A stretch of DNA of 64,000 nucleotides, taken from NCBI GenBank assembly GCA_035517095.1, contig DATIZK010000012.1, positions 8,843-72,842 of the forward strand, given 5' to 3'. Position numbers and translations under genes: made by a program. This document shows positions 60,383 through 64,000 of this stretch, one piece after another. Below the pieces are notes generated by a model. It saw nothing but the letters and a program-made list of their open reading frames with translations, ran no database searches and was not told the origin of the DNA. How positions within the stretch are numbered: position 1 is the stretch's first letter; each line of letters starts with the position of its first letter. The DNA comes from Burkholderiales bacterium (lineage in GTDB: Bacteria; Pseudomonadota; Gammaproteobacteria; Burkholderiales; SG8-39).

Positions 60383-63300
60383 ATGCATACCCAAACCACC
60401 AGGCTCATGTCGAAACTGCTCGGCTGCGCGCTCTGCGCCGCGGCGCTGCTCCCGGTCGCGGCCGGCGCCGGCGTCACCGACATCGCCACCCAGCCGCTCG
60501 CCCAGCCGGCGGCCAACGTGCCGCCCAACGTGATGGTGCTGTTCGACGATTCGGGCTCGATGATGCAGCAGTACACGCCGGACTACATCGGGCGCTGGGT
60601 AAGCAGCGACAGCAATGCCCTGTGCTTCGACTCCCTCGACTCCGGCGGCAGCATCAACAGCACCCTGCAGAACTGCGAGCCGGGCGACCCGCCGCTCATG
60701 TCGCCGCAGTTCAACTTCCAGTACTACAACCCGACCATCACCTACCTGCCGGCCGTGAACTACGACGGCACGTCGATGCCGTCGATGACAGCCGCGTACA
60801 CCAGCAACTGGACGGCCGTGCCGACCGACGCGGTCAGTACGAGCGGAGTCAACTCCTTCCGCACCGACACGCTGCACATGTTCCCCGCGAGCAGCCAGCC
60901 CCTGGTCACCACCTCGAACCTCGCGAGCAACTTTCCGGACCGCGAATGGTGCAACAGCGCGTCGGCGTCGACCACCTACCCTAACAGCAGCTGCCGGACG
61001 AATTCCAACTACAGCTATCCCGATGGCACCTACGGCTACGGCAAGACGTCTACCGGGGCGCTCCGGTACACCTACGGCGCGCCGTACTACTACCTCATCA
61101 CGACCACCGAATACTGCACCGACTTAACCCTAAGCAATTGTATCGGTTCTCCCAGCAGTCCGGTCACGAGCCCGACCACCGTCGGCGGCGTGAAGTACAG
61201 CGTTCCCGCGCCGGTGCGCTACTGCAACAGCACGTCGCTGAACAACTGCGAGCAGAACTTCACCGGCAGCTACACGCGGCCGAAGTTCACCGGCATCTGG
61301 AACACCACTGCGGTGTCGCAGGCGACCGCCACCGCGACGATCACGGTCGGATCGCAGACCAACAGCAGCGGCGCGATCCAGAACGTCACCGCCAACGGCG
61401 TCAACCTGTTCGGCCCTGGGTACCCGTCGGGCGTGGTGTCCCTGGCCCCCGGCCCGATCAACACGACCACGGTCGCCTCGAACATCAAGCTCGCGATCAA
61501 TAACGGCACCGCGACCAACGGCGGTTATACCGCCACGAGCTCGGGCAGCGCGGTCACGATCTACGCCGGAACCAGCACGACCTGCACGCCGGCCGACTGC
61601 ACGCAGCCGAACGGCTACGTCGTAAACGTTGTCTCGACGCCGGGAACGCCGGTTACGCCCGCGACCGGAACCCTGACCGTCTCGTCCATCAGCAGTAGCA
61701 GTGCCAAGTTTACCTCGATCCAAGTCAACGGCACCGAGATCCTCGGTGCGACGGTCAGCCCCGGCACCACCAACACGACCACTATGGCTACCGCGCTCAA
61801 GAACCAGATCAACAACTACACCGCCACGAGCGGCTACAGCGCCACCTCCAGCGGCAGCACGGTGACCATCAAGGCGCCCTCCGGCACGGGCTCGGAGCAA
61901 AACGGCCATTCGATAAGCGAGAGCGACTCCAGGGTCTCGGTCAGCACCACCAACATGGCCGGCGGGATCACGCCGGGGGTCATCAACACCTCGGCGACGA
62001 ACTTCACCGGCGGACAGAATGCCGCCGCGGCCGGCCGCACGGGCGTCGGCCTGTTCACTCGCACCAGCATCGTCTCGGGGCAGAACTATCCGCTCTACGC
62101 CGGCCGCACCGACTGCGGCAAGGTGACTTCCGGGGTATGCAGCTACAGCGAGGAAATGACCAACTTCGCCAACTGGTACGCGTATTACCGCACGCGCAAC
62201 ACGATGACCAAGACCGCCATCGGGCGCGCCTTCGTCGGCATTACCAGCGCGTTCCGGGTCGGCATGGTGACCCTGAACCCGGGCAGCACGGTGAGCTCGA
62301 GCAAGTACCTGGCGGTAGACGACTTCACTTCCGGGGCGGGCAACCAGAAGGACAACTGGTACACCCACATCTACAGCGTAGACAACGGCGGCGGCACTCC
62401 GACGCGCGAGGCGCTGTCCCGGGTCGGGCAGTACTTCGCCGGCCTCGGCTCGACCGGCTCGCCCCGGCTCGCCAAGGGCATGGACGCGAGCCCGATCCAA
62501 TACGCCTGCCAGGCGAACTACACGGTGCTGGTGACCGACGGCTACTGGAACGGCAACGCCGGCCAGACGGTGACCGGCGGCTCGATCGGCAACCAGGACA
62601 ATACCGACAGCGGCTACCACACGCGCGCGATCGGGGCCTACGACGGCGGCCTGTCCGGCTCGACCAATACCCTGGCCGACACCGCCATGTACTACTACCA
62701 GACCGACCTGCGCAGCGACCTCGCGGACGAAGTGCCGACCACGGCGACCGACCCGAACCCGGCGCAGCACATGGACCTGTTCGCGGTCGGCCTCGGGCTC
62801 GCGGGACAGCTCACCTACGACCCGAACTACCTAAACGAGACCGCCACCACCGGCGGCGACTTCTGGAACATCAAGCAGGGCAGCCAGAACTGGCCGGTGC
62901 CGGTGTCGGACGGCGAGACCGCGCTGGACGACCTGTGGCACGCCGCGGTCAACGGCCATGGACAGTACTTCACCGCGCGCGACCCCAACACGCTGTCCAA
63001 TGCGCTTGCCACCGCCCTCAACAGCGTTGCCGCCCGCGTCGGTGCCGGCGCGGCGGCGGCCACCTCGAACCTGCAGCCGGTCGCGGGCGACAACTTCGCC
63101 TTCACCGCGCAGTACGAGACGGTCGCCTGGGACGGCGACCTGACCGCGCGCACCATCGACTTGAGCACCGGCATCGTCTCCTACGCCACGCTGTGGTCGG
63201 CCTCGGCGCTGCTCGACCAGCGCACACCGTACGATCGCACGATCTACACCTTCGACCCGACCGACACCGGCTCGACCGGCAACCTGCTGAAGAGCTTCTG

Positions 63301-64000
63301 CTGGCCCGGAGCGTACGCGAGCGGCAACTACCCGGCCTGCAACGACGGCGCCGAGCTCTCGGCCGCGGACATGGCCAACTTCAATCCGCTCACGCTGACG
63401 CAGGCCGCGGCCTGGGCGACCGACGGCAGCGGGCGCACCACTTCGGCCACGGCGCAGAACCTGGTCGACTACCTGCGCGGGGATGTCTCGAACGAGACCA
63501 CCGGCGGCACGGCTTCGACCGACCTGTATCGGAATCGCGCGCACTTGCTCGGCGACATCGTCGACGCGCAGCCGGCGTACATGAGAACCGCGCCTTTCGG
63601 CTATAACAGCGGCTCCTACGCCGGGACCGACCCCAACTACGCGGCGTTCCAGGCGAGCACCGCCTCGCGCCCGGGCACGGTGTACGCGGCGGCCAACGAC
63701 GGCATGCTGCACGCCTTCAATACCCAGGGACCGGGTGGCGAGATCTACTACCAGACCGCGGGCATCGCCACCCAGACGACCTCCGACGACAGCTTCACCG
63801 GGTCGCTCGTGACCAGCCCGACCACCGGCCAGGGCTCCGAGCGCTGGGCCTACGTGCCGTCGATGATCATGCAGAACCTGCAGAATCTGGCGAACGTACC
63901 CTACTCGCACATCTACTTCGCCGACGGCTCGCCGCAGATCGGCGACGTGTGCTTCGGCCATACCCTGTCGACGCCCTGCGCCGCGGCCACCAACTGGCGC
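60383..64000 (+). CDS. pilY1: PilY1-like type IV pilus tip adhesin (first 1206 codons; gene runs off the right window edge)
   Basis: Own translation from ATG 60383 (GGGAGA 6 nt upstream) has no stop to 64000; not in the track because it is open-ended. Signal peptide MHTQTTRLMSKLLGCALCAAALLPVAAGAG. vWA/MIDAS elements VMVLFDDSGSM, GGGTPTREAL and YTVLVTDGYWNG. The C-terminal PilY1 propeller begins at ...AHLLGDIVDAQPAY...GTVYAAANDGMLHAFN. Confidence 0.88.
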   Translation, partial: MHTQTTRLMSKLLGCALCAAALLPVAAGAGVTDIATQPLAQPAANVPPNVMVLFDDSGSMMQQYTPDYIGRWVSSDSNALCFDSLDSGGSINSTLQNCEPGDPPLMSPQFNFQYYNPTITYLPAVNYDGTSMPSMTAAYTSNWTAVPTDAVSTSGVNSFRTDTLHMFPASSQPLVTTSNLASNFPDREWCNSASASTTYPNSSCRTNSNYSYPDGTYGYGKTSTGALRYTYGAPYYYLITTTEYCTDLTLSNCIGSPSSPVTSPTTVGGVKYSVPAPVRYCNSTSLNNCEQNFTGSYTRPKFTGIWNTTAVSQATATATITVGSQTNSSGAIQNVTANGVNLFGPGYPSGVVSLAPGPINTTTVASNIKLAINNGTATNGGYTATSSGSAVTIYAGTSTTCTPADCTQPNGYVVNVVSTPGTPVTPATGTLTVSSISSSSAKFTSIQVNGTEILGATVSPGTTNTTTMATALKNQINNYTATSGYSATSSGSTVTIKAPSGTGSEQNGHSISESDSRVSVSTTNMAGGITPGVINTSATNFTGGQNAAAAGRTGVGLFTRTSIVSGQNYPLYAGRTDCGKVTSGVCSYSEEMTNFANWYAYYRTRNTMTKTAIGRAFVGITSAFRVGMVTLNPGSTVSSSKYLAVDDFTSGAGNQKDNWYTHIYSVDNGGGTPTREALSRVGQYFAGLGSTGSPRLAKGMDASPIQYACQANYTVLVTDGYWNGNAGQTVTGGSIGNQDNTDSGYHTRAIGAYDGGLSGSTNTLADTAMYYYQTDLRSDLADEVPTTATDPNPAQHMDLFAVGLGLAGQLTYDPNYLNETATTGGDFWNIKQGSQNWPVPVSDGETALDDLWHAAVNGHGQYFTARDPNTLSNALATALNSVAARVGAGAAAATSNLQPVAGDNFAFTAQYETVAWDGDLTARTIDLSTGIVSYATLWSASALLDQRTPYDRTIYTFDPTDTGSTGNLLKSFCWPGAYASGNYPACNDGAELSAADMANFNPLTLTQAAAWATDGSGRTTSATAQNLVDYLRGDVSNETTGGTASTDLYRNRAHLLGDIVDAQPAYMRTAPFGYNSGSYAGTDPNYAAFQASTASRPGTVYAAANDGMLHAFNTQGPGGEIYYQTAGIATQTTSDDSFTGSLVTSPTTGQGSERWAYVPSMIMQNLQNLANVPYSHIYFADGSPQIGDVCFGHTLSTPCAAATNWR
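61322..61879 (+). repeat. Two tandem protein-level repeats (83 and 73 aa, 30-aa linker) inside the PilY1-like gene
   Basis: R1 (61322-61570): ATATATITVGSQTNSSGAIQNVTANGVNLFG...PINTTTVASNIKLAINNGTATNGGYTATSSGSAVTIYAG. R2 (61661-61879): ATGTLTVSSISSSSAKFTSIQVNGTEILGATVSPGTTNTTTMATALKNQINNYTATSGYSATSSGSTVTIKAP. Aligned by eye; shared core is VNG...NTTT.A...K..INN.TAT.GY.ATSSGS.VTI.A. Confidence 0.7.

Overview
Very G+C-rich bacterial chromosomal DNA (composition judged by eye, not computed). Gene content and synteny (sucCD, yhdP-tldD, glnE, ilvE-zf-waaF, birA-coaX-SPOR, fimT-pilVWXY1) suggest core genome of a beta-proteobacterium; this is inference, no search was run. I call 52 protein-coding genes, one tRNA-Thr(CGU), one textbook intrinsic terminator and several candidate operator palindromes. 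Two genes are open at the window edges and so absent from the ORF track: sucD at 1-532 and a pilY1-like gene at 60383-64000. Blocks from left to right: DUF2889-sucC-sucD; glpK-DUF4010-FGGY kinase; yhdP-tldD-CoA transferase A/B; glnE; mdtABC-type RND pump with its own outer-membrane lipoprotein, plus an ArsR regulator; an ilvE-to-algC chain of overlapping genes; an anaerobic glycerol-3-phosphate dehydrogenase operon; a ten-gene ugp/phosphate block; an amidase/MlrC/Dpp-type ABC cluster; birA-coaX-SPOR; a lone receiver protein; and tRNA-Thr followed by a type IV minor-pilin operon. I saw no CRISPR array, IS/transposase, integrase, phage, toxin-antitoxin or recognisable defence genes, so I do not claim a new system of that kind. 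The most unusual observations are: (1) glpAB is followed by a NarI/DsrM-like membrane protein fused to four Fe-S motifs plus a separate HdrB-like CCG protein, where a single GlpC would be expected. (2) SucC carries a 28-residue poly-lysine tail encoded by an 18-bp tandem repeat. (3) The canonical ugpBAEC-ugpQ operon is interrupted by an ATPase-less paralogous ugpB2A2E2 set plus PiT/DUF47. (4) The PilY1-like adhesin has its vWA MIDAS residues separated by about 600 aa, in an insertion containing a tandem repeat module of about 75-83 aa that I do not recognise. Most long track ORFs that overlap these genes in other frames or antisense are Arg/Ala/Gly/Pro-rich high-GC artefacts.
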